In this document: piece after piece, positions 25,367 to 36,912 of the stretch
Position numbering within the stretch: the first letter of the stretch is position 1
Layout: every line of letters starts with the position of its first letter
Assembly (NCBI GenBank): GCA_049521895.1
Contig: JBEKOJ010000001.1
Coordinates: 695,114 to 759,113, forward strand
Direction: 5' to 3'
Source: Candidatus Saccharimonadales bacterium
Lineage (GTDB): Bacteria; Patescibacteriota; Saccharimonadia; Saccharimonadales; UBA10212
DNA length: 64,000 nt
The notes under the pieces: generated by a model
Seen by the model: the letters and a program-made list of their open reading frames with translations, nothing else
Told to the model about the DNA's origin: nothing
Databases searched by the model: none
Position numbers and translations under genes: made by a program

Positions 25367-27340
25367 GTGAGTGCCGAAAATAACCCAAAAGGCCATAGTT
25401 ATGATGCCAGCCAAATCCAGGTACTGGAAGGTCTGGATCCAGTGCGCAAGCGTCCGGGTATGTACATTGGCAGCACCGGCACCGAAGGCCTGCACCATCT
25501 TGTAAAGGAGTTGGCCGATAACGGCATCGATGAAGTAATAGCTGGTTTCGCCACCGAACTCCATATTACTCTGCACCAAGACGGCGGCGTGACCGTAACT
25601 GACAACGGCCGTGGTATCCCGGTAGAAATCCATCCTAAAACCCACAAGAACACCTTAGAGACAGTGCTAACAACCTTGCACGCCGGCGGTAAGTTTGGTT
25701 CTGGCGGCTATAAAGTAAGCTCCGGCCTGCATGGCGTGGGTTCTAGCGTAGTTAATGCGCTGTCGATTAAGCTTATTGCCACTGTCGCCCGCGACGGTTT
25801 CGAGTGGACGCAGGAGTACGCCAAAGGTGTGCCGACAACCAAGCTTATCAAGGGTAAGCCAACGGATCGAACTGGCACCACCATCACTTTTTATCCCGAC
25901 AGCAGCGTCTTCAATACAACCACGGATTTTGACTACGACTGGGTAGTAGACTACTTGCGCCACCAGGCTTATCTCACTAAGGGGGTAAAAGCTTCGGTAT
26001 CAGATGAACGCAGCGGCCAGGCCTATGCTTTTCATTTCGAAGGCGGCATCGAAAGCTATGTCCGACATCTCAATGCCGGCAAAGAGACGCTGGACGAAGA
26101 GATTTTCTACGTCGAGAAAGAGATAGAAGAAGCCATAGTGGAAATTTCTCTGCAGTATAACGACGGTTTTAATGAAACCGTAATGGCTTTTGCCAACAAC
26201 GTCTATAACGTCGAAGGCGGTATGCACCTGACCGGTTTCCGCACTGCGCTCACAAGAGTTATTAACGATTACGCCCGCAAAAGCGGCTTACTAAAAGATA
26301 AAGAAGAGAATCTGACCGGCGAAGACTGCCGCGAGGGCTTGACCGCCGTTATTTTGATAAAAATCCCCGACCCGCAGTTTGAGGGCCAAACTAAGAACAA
26401 GCTGGGTAATCCAGAGGTGCGCGGCTATGTAGAGCAGGTGATGAACGAGTGGTTTTCTTACTATTTAGAAGAGCACCCGGCGATCGGCCGCAAGATAGCC
26501 GGCAAGGTACTGCTGGCCGCCCGCGCCCGTAAAGCCGCCCGCGCCGCGCGCGATAACATCATTCGTAAAGGTGCTCTAGAAGGCGCCAGTTTGCCCGGTA
26601 AGCTGGCCGACTGCGCCACCCGCGACCGCAGCCAGGCTGAGCTGTTCATAGTAGAGGGCCTTTCCGCTGGCGGCTCTGCTAAAGACGGCCGCAACAGCTT
26701 TTACCAGGCTATTTTGCCGCTGCGCGGCAAAGTGTTGAACGTTGAACGGGCGCGTCTAGACAAAATGCTGGCCAATCAGGAAATTTTAAATCTTATTAAA
26801 GCTATGGGCGTAGGCATTGAAGATCAGTTCGATATAACAGGCCTGCGCTACGAGCGAATCATTATCATGACCGATGCTGACGTAGATGGTTCTCATATTC
26901 GGACTCTATTAATGACTTTCTTCTTCCGGCACATGCGTCAAGTCCTAGAAGGTGGGCATGTTTATGCCGCACAGCCGCCGTTGTTCGGAATTGTCAGTGG
27001 AAAAAAAGAGGACTATGTCTACAGTGAAGAAGAGCGTGATACCGCTATTGATAAAATCATCCAAGAACGCAGGGATAAAGGTATAAAAATAGATAAAAAC
27101 GATGAGCGTATCAAGCAAGCAGGGGTGTCGATTAAACGGTATAAAGGCTTGGGGGAGATGAATGCTGAACAACTGTGGGAAACTACCATGAATCCGACCA
27201 ACCGAGTTCTAGCCCAGGTAAAGATTGAAGATGCCGAAAAGGCTGACGCTATTTTCTCCAAACTGATGGGAACAGAGGTAGAAATGCGCAAAAACTTCAT
27301 CCAAAGCCGCGCTAAATTCGTGAAGGACCTGGATATTTAG
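25367..27340 (+). CDS. gyrB: DNA gyrase subunit B
   Basis: YDASQIQVLEGLDPVRKRPGMYIG, EGLSAGGSAK, PLRGKVLNVE. GTG start with an AGAGGGA SD. Confidence 0.95.
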   Translation: MSAENNPKGHSYDASQIQVLEGLDPVRKRPGMYIGSTGTEGLHHLVKELADNGIDEVIAGFATELHITLHQDGGVTVTDNGRGIPVEIHPKTHKNTLETVLTTLHAGGKFGSGGYKVSSGLHGVGSSVVNALSIKLIATVARDGFEWTQEYAKGVPTTKLIKGKPTDRTGTTITFYPDSSVFNTTTDFDYDWVVDYLRHQAYLTKGVKASVSDERSGQAYAFHFEGGIESYVRHLNAGKETLDEEIFYVEKEIEEAIVEISLQYNDGFNETVMAFANNVYNVEGGMHLTGFRTALTRVINDYARKSGLLKDKEENLTGEDCREGLTAVILIKIPDPQFEGQTKNKLGNPEVRGYVEQVMNEWFSYYLEEHPAIGRKIAGKVLLAARARKAARAARDNIIRKGALEGASLPGKLADCATRDRSQAELFIVEGLSAGGSAKDGRNSFYQAILPLRGKVLNVERARLDKMLANQEILNLIKAMGVGIEDQFDITGLRYERIIIMTDADVDGSHIRTLLMTFFFRHMRQVLEGGHVYAAQPPLFGIVSGKKEDYVYSEEERDTAIDKIIQERRDKGIKIDKNDERIKQAGVSIKRYKGLGEMNAEQLWETTMNPTNRVLAQVKIEDAEKADAIFSKLMGTEVEMRKNFIQSRAKFVKDLDI

Positions 27341-27472
27341 TCATGACTACGTCATTCCAATTATCATTTAACACTTTACATTTAACATTTATTGATCATT
27401 TTTCATTTAACAGATTCGAAAAATGGCAAATGCCAAATTAATGGCCAATGATAAATGGCCAATGATAAATGC
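27341..27472 (+). repeat. intercistronic word-hairpin cassette, copy H6 (gyrB-gyrA spacer)
   Basis: Starts TCATGACTACGTCATTCCAATT directly after the gyrB TAG. Ends AAATGCC directly before the gyrA SD. Confidence 0.7.
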
Positions 27473-27490
27473 CTCCGGAGGAGGCGTTTG

Positions 27491-30049
27491 ATGGACGATA
27501 GAACTAAAGGCTTGCTGCCAAGTATAGAAAAACACTCCAAAACTGTCTTGGACCGTTCGGTCGAGAACGAGATGGAGACCAGCTACCTTCAATACTCCAT
27601 GAGTGTAATCGTGGCGCGAGCCCTTCCAGACGTACGTGACGGCTTAAAACCAGTCCACCGTCGTATTTTGTACGTTATGGATAAAAACGGGCTTGGAGCG
27701 GGCTCTAAACATACTAAAAGCGCCCAAATTGTGGGCGATGTGATGGGGAAATACCATCCGCACGGCGATACAGCCATTTATGACGCTATGGTACGGCTGG
27801 CACAGCCGTTTTCTACCAGATATCCGCTGGTGGACGGGCAGGGTAACTTTGGCAGTATGGACGGTGACCCGCCGGCTGCCTACCGCTATACCGAGGCCCG
27901 TATGACCAAGGCCTCTGAGGCCTTGCTGGAAGACATCGATAAAGAAACCGTACCTTTTAGGGATAACTTCGACGGCTCCCAACAGGAACCAGAGGTGCTA
28001 CCGGCCAAAATTCCCAATCTGTTGCTAAACGGCCAGGTGGGCATAGCCGTGGGCATGGCCACTAATATTCCGCCGCATAACCTGTCAGAGCTGGTAGACG
28101 CCACTATTGAACAGATAGACAATCCCGAAGCCACCTTGGACGATCTAATGAAGCACGTTAAGGGGCCGGACTTTCCGACGGGTGCGGTAGTCTACGGCAA
28201 AGAGTCCATCCGCAGCGCTTTTGCCACCGGCCGCGGCGGTGTGGTAGTGCGCGGCGTAGCCGACATTGAGGAGTCCAGCAAAGGCCGCCACCAGATTATC
28301 ATCAGCGAAATCCCTTATGCCGTTAACAAAGCTGGCTTGGTAGAGAAAATCGCCGACTTGGTTCGCGAAAAGAAGATTAGCGGTATATCTGATATTCGCG
28401 ATGAGAGCTCGCGCGGCAGCGTGCGAATCGTTATGGATTTGAAAAAAGATGCCTACCCAAAAAAGTTGCTCAACCAGCTGTACAAGTTAACTCCATTGCA
28501 AACGGCCTTTCACTACAACATGCTGGCGCTGGTGGACGGCATCCAACCCCGGGTTTTGGGTCTGCAGGACATTATCAATGAGCACATTAAACACCGGCAG
28601 GTGGTGGTGCGCCGACGCACCGAGTTTGAACTCAAAAAAGCCCAGGAACGCGCCCATGTGCTGGAAGGTCTGAAAATTGCCCTCGACCATATCGACGAAG
28701 TCATCAAGACAATCCGCGCTAGCCAGACCCAAGAAGAGGCTGAAGCCAATCTAATTACCGCCTTTAAGCTTAGCCAAATACAAGCTCAAGCTATCTTATC
28801 GATGCAGTTGCGCCGCTTGACCGGCCTGCAGCGCCAAGAAGTTGAAGATGAGCTGGCCAATCTGATATCACTTATCTCCAAATTGCAAACTGTCTTGGCC
28901 GATGAGAAGAAGATCCTGAAAATCATTAAAGATGAACTGCTGGACGTGAAAAAACAGTTTGGCGATGAGCGCCGAACAAAGATTGTCGCCGCCGAACTGG
29001 GCAAACTTAGCGATGAAGATCTAGTTCCTGATGAGCAAGTTGTTGTTACACTTACATCGGCAAACTATATAAAGCGCACTTCAATCGCTGATTATAAACG
29101 GCAGGGCCGCGGTGGCAAGGGCCGAAGAGGAATGGCTACCCGCGACGAAGATTATATAGAGCACGTTGTTAATGCATCAACACATGATTACCTACTTTTC
29201 TTCACAAACAAAGGCCGGGTCTTCCGCATTAAAACTTACGAAGTGCCGGCGGTTGGTTTAAATGCTAAGGGCGTAGCTATTGTAAACTTGCTGCAGCTAC
29301 AGCCAGAAGAGGCTGTTACATCTGTTATAAATGTAACTAAAGGCAGCGGTGAGTCGGGCTATCTATTGATGTGTACGATCCATGGTGTAGTTAAGAAAAC
29401 ACCATTTGAGCAATACCAGAACGTTCGTGCTACCGGCCTAATTGCTATCAGGTTGGATGACAAAGACGAGCTCAAATGGATCCGCCATACCTCTGGTAAG
29501 GATGAAGTTATTATTTCTACCAGCCAGGGGCAGGCTATTCGCTTTTCTGAAAAGGACGCCCGGCCAATGGGCCGGGCCAGCCGTGGCGTTCGTGGTATTC
29601 GCTTACGCGCCGGCGACCAGGTAATCGGTATGGATATGGTGCAAGAAAAAGCTTCGCTATTTGTCATTAGCGAATTCGGCTATGGCAAACGCACTAAGGT
29701 GGAGCAATTTACTCCTCATAAAAGAGGTGGCGTAGGTATCCGCTCGGCAGTAGTCAACAAAAAGACCGGCCCGCTGATAGGTGTTAAATCGCTGGAGGGC
29801 TTAGATCAGGAAGTGATAATTATTTCTGCTGAAGGTCAAACCATCCGCTTAGGGCTCAGAAACATCCCAAGCCTAGGGCGGGCGACCCAAGGCGTGCGCA
29901 TTATGCGCCTTAATGGCGGCGACCAGGTGGTATCGCTAGCACTGGTGGAAAAGGTTGAAGAAGTCGAAGAAGAACCCTCAGGGGTCCCAGCTGATAATAA
30001 GCCGGCCAAAGAGCCAAAAACCAAGATCTCCACGAAGCCCAAAAAGTAA
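27491..30049 (+). CDS. gyrA: DNA gyrase subunit A
   Basis: [28 protein letters not shown] and YHPHGD. I prefer ATG 27491 (GGAGGAGG SD 7 nt upstream) over track start 27455, which lies inside the repeat. Confidence 0.95.
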   Translation: MDDRTKGLLPSIEKHSKTVLDRSVENEMETSYLQYSMSVIVARALPDVRDGLKPVHRRILYVMDKNGLGAGSKHTKSAQIVGDVMGKYHPHGDTAIYDAMVRLAQPFSTRYPLVDGQGNFGSMDGDPPAAYRYTEARMTKASEALLEDIDKETVPFRDNFDGSQQEPEVLPAKIPNLLLNGQVGIAVGMATNIPPHNLSELVDATIEQIDNPEATLDDLMKHVKGPDFPTGAVVYGKESIRSAFATGRGGVVVRGVADIEESSKGRHQIIISEIPYAVNKAGLVEKIADLVREKKISGISDIRDESSRGSVRIVMDLKKDAYPKKLLNQLYKLTPLQTAFHYNMLALVDGIQPRVLGLQDIINEHIKHRQVVVRRRTEFELKKAQERAHVLEGLKIALDHIDEVIKTIRASQTQEEAEANLITAFKLSQIQAQAILSMQLRRLTGLQRQEVEDELANLISLISKLQTVLADEKKILKIIKDELLDVKKQFGDERRTKIVAAELGKLSDEDLVPDEQVVVTLTSANYIKRTSIADYKRQGRGGKGRRGMATRDEDYIEHVVNASTHDYLLFFTNKGRVFRIKTYEVPAVGLNAKGVAIVNLLQLQPEEAVTSVINVTKGSGESGYLLMCTIHGVVKKTPFEQYQNVRATGLIAIRLDDKDELKWIRHTSGKDEVIISTSQGQAIRFSEKDARPMGRASRGVRGIRLRAGDQVIGMDMVQEKASLFVISEFGYGKRTKVEQFTPHKRGGVGIRSAVVNKKTGPLIGVKSLEGLDQEVIIISAEGQTIRLGLRNIPSLGRATQGVRIMRLNGGDQVVSLALVEKVEEVEEEPSGVPADNKPAKEPKTKISTKPKK

Positions 30050-30077
30050 TCTTCTTTTTCAAAGAAGCAAATAGTCT

Positions 30078-30101
30078 GCCACCTTTTTCCGAAAAGGTGG
30101 C
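30078..30101 (+). terminator. stem-loop after gyrA (no U-tract)
   Basis: GCCACCTTTT-TCCG-AAAAGGTGGC perfect 10-bp stem. The lack of a T-run lowers confidence. Confidence 0.35.
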
Positions 30102-30524
30102 GCCAAACTCTGGGCGCAGGACTCGCTTGACGCAACCACTTGTCAAAGTGCACAACAGCCTGCGGAACGACCCCTACGGGGATCGGTCTCGCTCTTTACT
30201 GTATCTATACGAGTCGCTCGACTAAGTCCTCGGCTGACTTAGTTAGTGTTTTTGACGTGTTTACTCAGGCTCGCCATGCATGCCCAAGCCCTTAGCCCCC
30301 GCCCAAGTTGACTCTCCACGCCCAGACCTGATTTTGGGTATGAAAATAGCCATGCGGGTGCTGCTTGGATAAGCACGCGCCGCATGGCGCTTGCCCCGCA
30401 CTAAAACCTGAGCGTAGAAGAGAGGGAATACCTCTATTTCGTAGCATCAAGATTTTAGTGCCGGGGCTGTGAGGACGGAAGTCATCAGTGCTTCCGTCCA
30501 TTCGAGAAGAAGCTTGCGGGCACA

Positions 30525-30755
30525 TCACGGGCTGCTCTTCCTTAGCCGTGGCCAAAGAAGGATCCAGCTGGGCAGTTGCTCGTTTGGAATGCCCCTTTCG
30601 ATCGCAATCCACAACCCGATTGCGCAGTAGCCGCAATAGCTCAGGCCGATACCCACTCCGGCGTCGAAGCCAAGATACCGGCCTACGACCAGCCACAGAG
30701 TGAGGGCCGGGACGTACATCACGAATATGCAGATAAAACCTGTCAAGAGTCGCAT
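30525..30755 (-). CDS. small hydrophobic protein, 76 aa
   Basis: ATG 30755 preceded by AAGGAG. MRLLTGFICIFVMYVPALTLWLVVGRYLGF... has two TM-like segments. Confidence 0.45.
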   Translation of the reverse strand: MRLLTGFICIFVMYVPALTLWLVVGRYLGFDAGVGIGLSYCGYCAIGLWIAIERGIPNEQLPSWILLWPRLRKSSP

Positions 30756-30769
30756 CGGGCTCCTTTCGG

Positions 30770-30886
30770 TTAGGGCCTTTTGCCGTATCGGCGATCTGCC
30801 ACAGCAATCGCTACGCGGACGAGTACTGCGATCGACGCGCAGGTAATCGCTGCGGCTGTCAACAAACTCTCCCAATAATCGTGCAC
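30770..30886 (-). CDS. small hydrophobic protein, 38 aa
   Basis: GTG 30886 preceded by AGGAG at 6 nt. MHDYWESLLTAAAITCASIAVLVRVAIAVADRRYGKRP. Confidence 0.4.
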   Translation of the reverse strand: MHDYWESLLTAAAITCASIAVLVRVAIAVADRRYGKRP

Positions 30887-30908
30887 CTCGGGCTCCTTTT
30901 GGTTCAGA

Positions 30909-31067
30909 CTAGGGTTTTTCCTGTTGCCTCCGTGGACTACCGCTGAGTACGACAAAGGCGAGACCCCAGATAGCGCAGGCCAGTCCGAAGCCGCCACCCT
31001 TGTTTTCGAAGACGAAAGCTATGCCAAGCCCGATTAATACATATCCAATCAGCGCCTTTTTCGGCAT
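30909..31067 (-). CDS. small hydrophobic protein, 52 aa
   Basis: ATG 31067 preceded by AGGAGG at 7 nt. MPKKALIGYVLIGLGIAFVFENKGGGFGLACAIWGLAFVVLSGSPRRQQEKP. Not in the track (<60 aa). Confidence 0.45.
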   Translation of the reverse strand: MPKKALIGYVLIGLGIAFVFENKGGGFGLACAIWGLAFVVLSGSPRRQQEKP

Positions 31068-31208
31068 TTGAAATCCTCCTTAGTTTGGAAAGAGCTAACC
31101 TCGGAACCAACCCGAAGTTAGCCCGAAATTCATCTCATATTTTACCATATTCCATTGACTTTTCAAACTGTTTGTGGTAATGTACTATCTGTTAACCCGA
31201 AATAAAAA

Positions 31209-32087
31209 ATGTCCGAGCAATTATCAAACGTTATACCTCTAAGAACTGAAACTCATGAAGCTGGTCAACAGAAGCCATGGGAAGCTAGAGTTGAGGCTAT
31301 TAGATCGAGGTCTAGGGATAACCTAGAGGTTATAGTGGGTGCACTGGATCCAAAGCGTACTTCAGAAACTCCTGAAGCGCAGGCTAGAATTGAAGAAATA
31401 AATCATTCTTTAGGAGTAACGATTAACTTCAATGGTGGTGAAACAATACCTTATTTATTAAGCGAGGGTCGCTTAAGGCCACATCTTGAAGACAAAGAGC
31501 CGGATTTGATGAGCAAGTTAAAAACAGGGTTTCTCGATAAAATGCGTACGCGCATAAGTACGATAAAACATACCCGCAGTGCAGAGGAAAGACTGGGCAT
31601 TAGACCTGAAGGGTGGGGGTCAGCTGATGACCCTGAGTTAGTGTATGGCGCAGTTACTGACGGTACAACCGAGGACGAGATTAAGGGAGGTGCTGGAGGC
31701 TGGTATGGCCTTGACATATTTGTTTTGAAACCAGACAGAATTAAAGACAGAGCAACCATTACTCCAATGGACAGCTACTACATACAAGATTCGCGTATGG
31801 TAGTAACTTGGGAAGACGCACCCACCCTTATGTATTTACGGGACGAGGGAAGGGCTGATTCAACCGCCAACCTTACTCGGGGCGAGTACGTAGAAGCACA
31901 AATTGCTGGCGGCGTTAGCGCAGAGGACATAGAGGAAATCAAGTTCTCTGTATGGGGCCCTAATAGCACGCTTGACGATGTTTTAGACCAGTATGGCGGC
32001 CGTGCTGTGTTTGAAGAGAAACTGCCCGGAGTTAAGTTAACTGAAATTAGAGCTCAAGACAGAGCAGAATTGGCCGAAGCCGCCTAG
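31209..32087 (+). CDS. hypothetical protein
   Basis: Track ORF with coding-like composition. No motif recognised. Confidence 0.45.
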   Translation: MSEQLSNVIPLRTETHEAGQQKPWEARVEAIRSRSRDNLEVIVGALDPKRTSETPEAQARIEEINHSLGVTINFNGGETIPYLLSEGRLRPHLEDKEPDLMSKLKTGFLDKMRTRISTIKHTRSAEERLGIRPEGWGSADDPELVYGAVTDGTTEDEIKGGAGGWYGLDIFVLKPDRIKDRATITPMDSYYIQDSRMVVTWEDAPTLMYLRDEGRADSTANLTRGEYVEAQIAGGVSAEDIEEIKFSVWGPNSTLDDVLDQYGGRAVFEEKLPGVKLTEIRAQDRAELAEAA

Positions 32088-32369
32088 AATTCGGGCAAAA
32101 TGAGCAGGCTTGATAGTTTTATCCCCGGGACTCGAGGCAACTGATGAATTTAGTAGGCGTCTGGCGAATCAGCCAAAAGTTTGCCCCGAGTTCCTACGGA
32201 AAGGGCGAGGGGATGCTTGCATTCTTTTGGCGCGCCAGACGCCGTTAAGTAAATTCAATCATGTTACCGAATGTCCCGGCGGTTGGCGCCACCTTACCGC
32301 TAAGGTGGCAATATTTATGGCACTTTGTAAAAAGTGCTATTTTGTAGCAATTGCTACATCAAATTATCC

Positions 32370-32399
32370 TTGACTACACCTTAACTTATGCGGTATCAT
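32370..32399 (+). promoter_or_regulatory. candidate 16S rRNA promoter TTGACT-18-TATCAT
   Basis: Near-consensus -35/-10 hexamers about 250 nt upstream of the mature 16S. Confidence 0.4.
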
Positions 32400-32548
32400 A
32401 GGCTTAGCTTTTAGGGCGTCCTATTTTTGAGTGTCTCCACTACTGAGATACAGGAAGAACAGGAACAATCCGTACGCGAATGAGCGGACGGGTACATCCC
32501 CTTAGAGTGCTCATTGAAAACTGAGTAGTGCAAATCAACGTCAGTTCA

Positions 32549-32651
32549 GCGCGACGAGAGTCGCGCAGGAACAAGTAACAGGTAACAAGGAACTGGTTTT
32601 CCAGTTTCAAGTTTCATGTTTCGTGTTCCACAAATTCGCGTAAGCGAATTT

Positions 32652-32655
<4 letters not shown>
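32549..32655 (+). repeat. word-hairpin (GGAACA/AGTAACA type) in the 16S leader, copy H7
   Basis: GCGCGAC-GAGA-GTCGCGC, then AGGAACAAGTAACAGGTAACAAGGAACTGG-TTTT-CCAGTTTCAAGTTTCATGTTTCGTGTTCC, then CAAATTCGC-GTA-AGCGAATTT. Confidence 0.55.
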
Positions 32656-34241
<1,586 letters not shown>

Positions 34242-34258
34242 AGGGAGAATATTCAACC

Positions 34259-34386
34259 CGTGCTAACACACGGATTTAGCATTAAGCATTTTCCATTTAG
34301 CATTAATTTTTCATTTGACATTTGCCAACTGTTAAATAAATGTGAATTGTGAACTGTAAAGTAATAAATCTCGTGCAGAGCACGAG
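34259..34386 (+). repeat. CATTT/AAATG word-hairpin element in the 16S trailer, copy H8
   Basis: CCGTG-CTAACA-CACGG, an AT palindrome with CTGTTAAATAAATGT at 34329-34343, then CTCGTGC-AGA-GCACGAG. Confidence 0.7.
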
Positions 34387-34536
34387 GTATGGTTGATCCC
34401 CGCAGCCGGAGTTGAACTAACCGGTTGCACTCTAAAAGGGGAAAGTTCATTTTTGACGTTTGATCTGCACTACCCAGTTTTCAAAAAAGCCTGCTTTAAA
34501 AAGCGGGCTTTTTCTGCTAGAATACCCCTGTTGTGA

Positions 34537-34609
34537 GGGGTTATAGCTCAGCTGGTAAGAATACTCCGCAAAATAAAATTTTGCGGGGACCCCGAGTTGA
34601 GCGCGCCAC
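34537..34609 (+). pseudogene. degenerate tRNA-like remnant
   Basis: GGGGTTATAGCTCAGCTGGTAAGA is a tRNA 5' half. The middle is replaced by hairpin CCGCAAAAT-AAA-ATTTTGCGG, and the tail GAGTTGAGCGCGCCAC resembles the tRNA-Ile 3' end. No valid cloverleaf. Confidence 0.4.
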
Positions 34610-34634
34610 TGCTACTTAACAAAATGGTGTACAT

Positions 34635-34711
34635 GGGCACGTAGCTCAGCTGGTTAGAGCGCGTCACTGATAATGACGAGGTCCCTGGTTCGAGTCCAGG
34701 CGCGCCCACCA
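34635..34711 (+). tRNA. tRNA-Ile (anticodon GAU), CCA encoded
   Basis: Anticodon arm CGTCA-CTGATAA-TGACG and T-loop TTCGAGT. One A:C mismatch in the acceptor stem. Confidence 0.85.
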
Positions 34712-34808
34712 TGTGATTTTTGGCACTAACTTCTCTCGAGGTAGAGATATACCGGTCGCTATTCCGATCGCCGTTGTCAAAAACGACACTAAATATGGTT
34801 AGGGGCCT

Positions 34809-35675
34809 ATGGCAATTTCTTATACACCCTTTGGGAACAAATATCAGGATACTGGCAAGCTTGTTATGGGTTTCCCAGATTTCCTTCGCGATGATCTTGT
34901 TGAGTGGATACAAAACGTCATGGAGTTGAATCGGCTCGCGAGTGCCCCTAGCGATTTATACAGAACTTCCGGCTATCTTGATGCTAAGTTCCGCCGATTT
35001 CTGCAGCGTGAATTCATGAGAAACTTTCCCGATGATTGGCCGCATTTTATAAGAGAGGTGGTTGCCGACGAAGAACTCCTCGCCGACTATTTGTCTCTCT
35101 TGCTGAGAAACTTTGCCAACGGATCCCAGGCGAAAGTTTTAGAGTCTTTGCTTCGTCACGTGAACTCAGAATTTACGGTAAAGGCTACCAAAAACGATGC
35201 TGAAGATTATGATGTGGGATGTTTTGACTTGGAATACAGAGTTCCACGTGCAGTTCGTACAAACGCAAACAATGCTCTAAATAGCCAGCTATTATTAGAT
35301 GCTTGGCATGCCTGCTACGGAACCAGATCGCCCGACTACGAAAAATGTGTTAGTGCATGTGCCGACTTCTTGGAGGGCTATCTACGGGATAAGTTTTATC
35401 CGGAGATGGAGAGAACAAAAACGATTCCTCAATTCATCAATGATTTCAAAGAACCAGAGAAAATTGGCTTCGTCGGCGATGGTTTCGTGAAAGACAGGAT
35501 GTCACTAGTAAGTTTACTGACCGGTCTAAGTAACGCTCGTGGTCAGCACACGACGGGCAAGGGGCGACCTCCTACGCCCGAAGACGCAAAGTATGTTCTG
35601 CATACGACGATCTATATTTGGAACTTGATGGAGGGCAAAAGTTCTAGAGGTGGTACTTCGAAGCCGGAGGAGTAG
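34809..35675 (+). CDS. hypothetical protein, possibly Abi_C/HEPN-type abortive-infection-like
   Basis: Track ORF. The C-terminal LSNARGQHTTG resembles the R-x-x-x-H(G) HEPN/Abi_C motif. Weak by-eye call only. Confidence 0.35.
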   Translation: MAISYTPFGNKYQDTGKLVMGFPDFLRDDLVEWIQNVMELNRLASAPSDLYRTSGYLDAKFRRFLQREFMRNFPDDWPHFIREVVADEELLADYLSLLLRNFANGSQAKVLESLLRHVNSEFTVKATKNDAEDYDVGCFDLEYRVPRAVRTNANNALNSQLLLDAWHACYGTRSPDYEKCVSACADFLEGYLRDKFYPEMERTKTIPQFINDFKEPEKIGFVGDGFVKDRMSLVSLLTGLSNARGQHTTGKGRPPTPEDAKYVLHTTIYIWNLMEGKSSRGGTSKPEE

Positions 35676-35855
35676 GACGTCGCTTAACGAACGGTCCGGG
35701 TTCCGGCTCAGACTGTCCCGGTCGGTGCTGTAAAAACGGCAGCATAGACAGCACTAAATATGGATTTTCGGACCGGAGATGGCTCACCGAGGGTCGATCT
35801 TTTCCGTGCTCGATGACGAGTGTGAGCCGCTCGCCGCCTTGTGGTCGAAAACGAC

Positions 35856-36359
35856 CTACGCCCACGACCCGGGATCGCCTGGAAACCGCCAAGGGTGGTA
35901 GCCTGTGCAGGGAGCCTGGCCGCAATACGGACAGACAGAAACGCGTCCACCATCATCCACATAGGCATTAGCGATGCGTTCTCGTTCCTTTCGCCACAGT
36001 CGTTCATTCTCCTCCCACTTGATAATTTCATCGGCTCCAATTAGCTCCGCGACGGCCGCGGCTTTTTCTGTCACGCGATTAACAACATCATGCATCGAAA
36101 GTGACTCGGCAACCACCTGAGCACCGCAATAAGCGTCAAAGGCGTAGATCAATCTGAGAGGGCGTTCTGATTCAACCTGTTCGTCACCCTCTGACTCCAA
36201 GTAGCTGACGATACCGCGCTTACGTCTTCGCGACATCCTACGACTTGAATTCCGTTCCCAGGCCTCTCGGCGAAGATTGAATCTTTCTTGTAAAAATTGT
36301 TCAACTTCTTGACGTTCACGTTGATAATCGCTTGGCAATTGTGGCTCGTACTCACTCAT
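35856..36359 (-). CDS. hypothetical protein with a C-terminal CPYCGQAPC cysteine cluster
   Basis: Track ORF. Charged N-terminus. No family recognised. Confidence 0.4.
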   Translation of the reverse strand: MSEYEPQLPSDYQRERQEVEQFLQERFNLRREAWERNSSRRMSRRRKRGIVSYLESEGDEQVESERPLRLIYAFDAYCGAQVVAESLSMHDVVNRVTEKAAAVAELIGADEIIKWEENERLWRKERERIANAYVDDGGRVSVCPYCGQAPCTGYHPWRFPGDPGSWA

Positions 36360-36811
36360 ACAATCATTATCTCATATTGTCTACTGAGCCAACAATGGAC
36401 TGCGATTAGTGGTGATACTTCGAAGCTGGGTTCGACCGCCGCGTAATCGATGGGGGCCCAGACTCAGGCTGTTCACCCCGAAGTAGCTTTAGTATAATTT
36501 CTAGAGGTTTGGGCAGGTTGGAAAGATGCCCAGTTAGGACCACCACGCAAAAGCTCGGCCTATGAGGCAAGAGCCAAACAATGATCTGTTTGACCCTTTG
36601 CCTTTTCGGCCGGCTTTTGTTTTTCCCCAAGCCACAGCTCCGTGGCTTGGGGACCCCAGCAGATTAATCTGCTATAATTACCTCTGTTCTTTAACAAATT
36701 TTCAAAGCGGCGGTCTAATCACCGTTTGAAAATTTGAGAGGAGCGGCATAGCACTAAGCCGAAGCTTTTGGCTTACTTGGCAAAATGAGGCAAGTGCGTA
36801 GGCCGTGACGA

Positions 36812-36888
36812 GGGGCATTAGCTCAGTTGGCTAGAGCACCACATTTGCAATGTGGGGGTCATCGGTTCAAATCCGATATGCTCCACCA
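36812..36888 (+). tRNA. tRNA-Ala (anticodon UGC), CCA encoded
   Basis: Acceptor GGGGCAT/ATGCTCC with the G3:U70 alanine identity pair. Anticodon arm CCACA-TTTGCAA-TGTGG. Confidence 0.9.
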
Positions 36889-36912
36889 GTCACCTTTAGG
36901 CGTATATCAATC

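Noticed and set aside
30292-30997. Track ORFs 30292..30807 (171 aa), 30525..30875 (116 aa) and 30770..30997 (75 aa) taken at face value.
   Set aside because: They overlap each other, and their N-terminal extensions lack ribosome-binding sites. Internal starts with strong SD motifs give three non-overlapping hydrophobic peptides, which I prefer.
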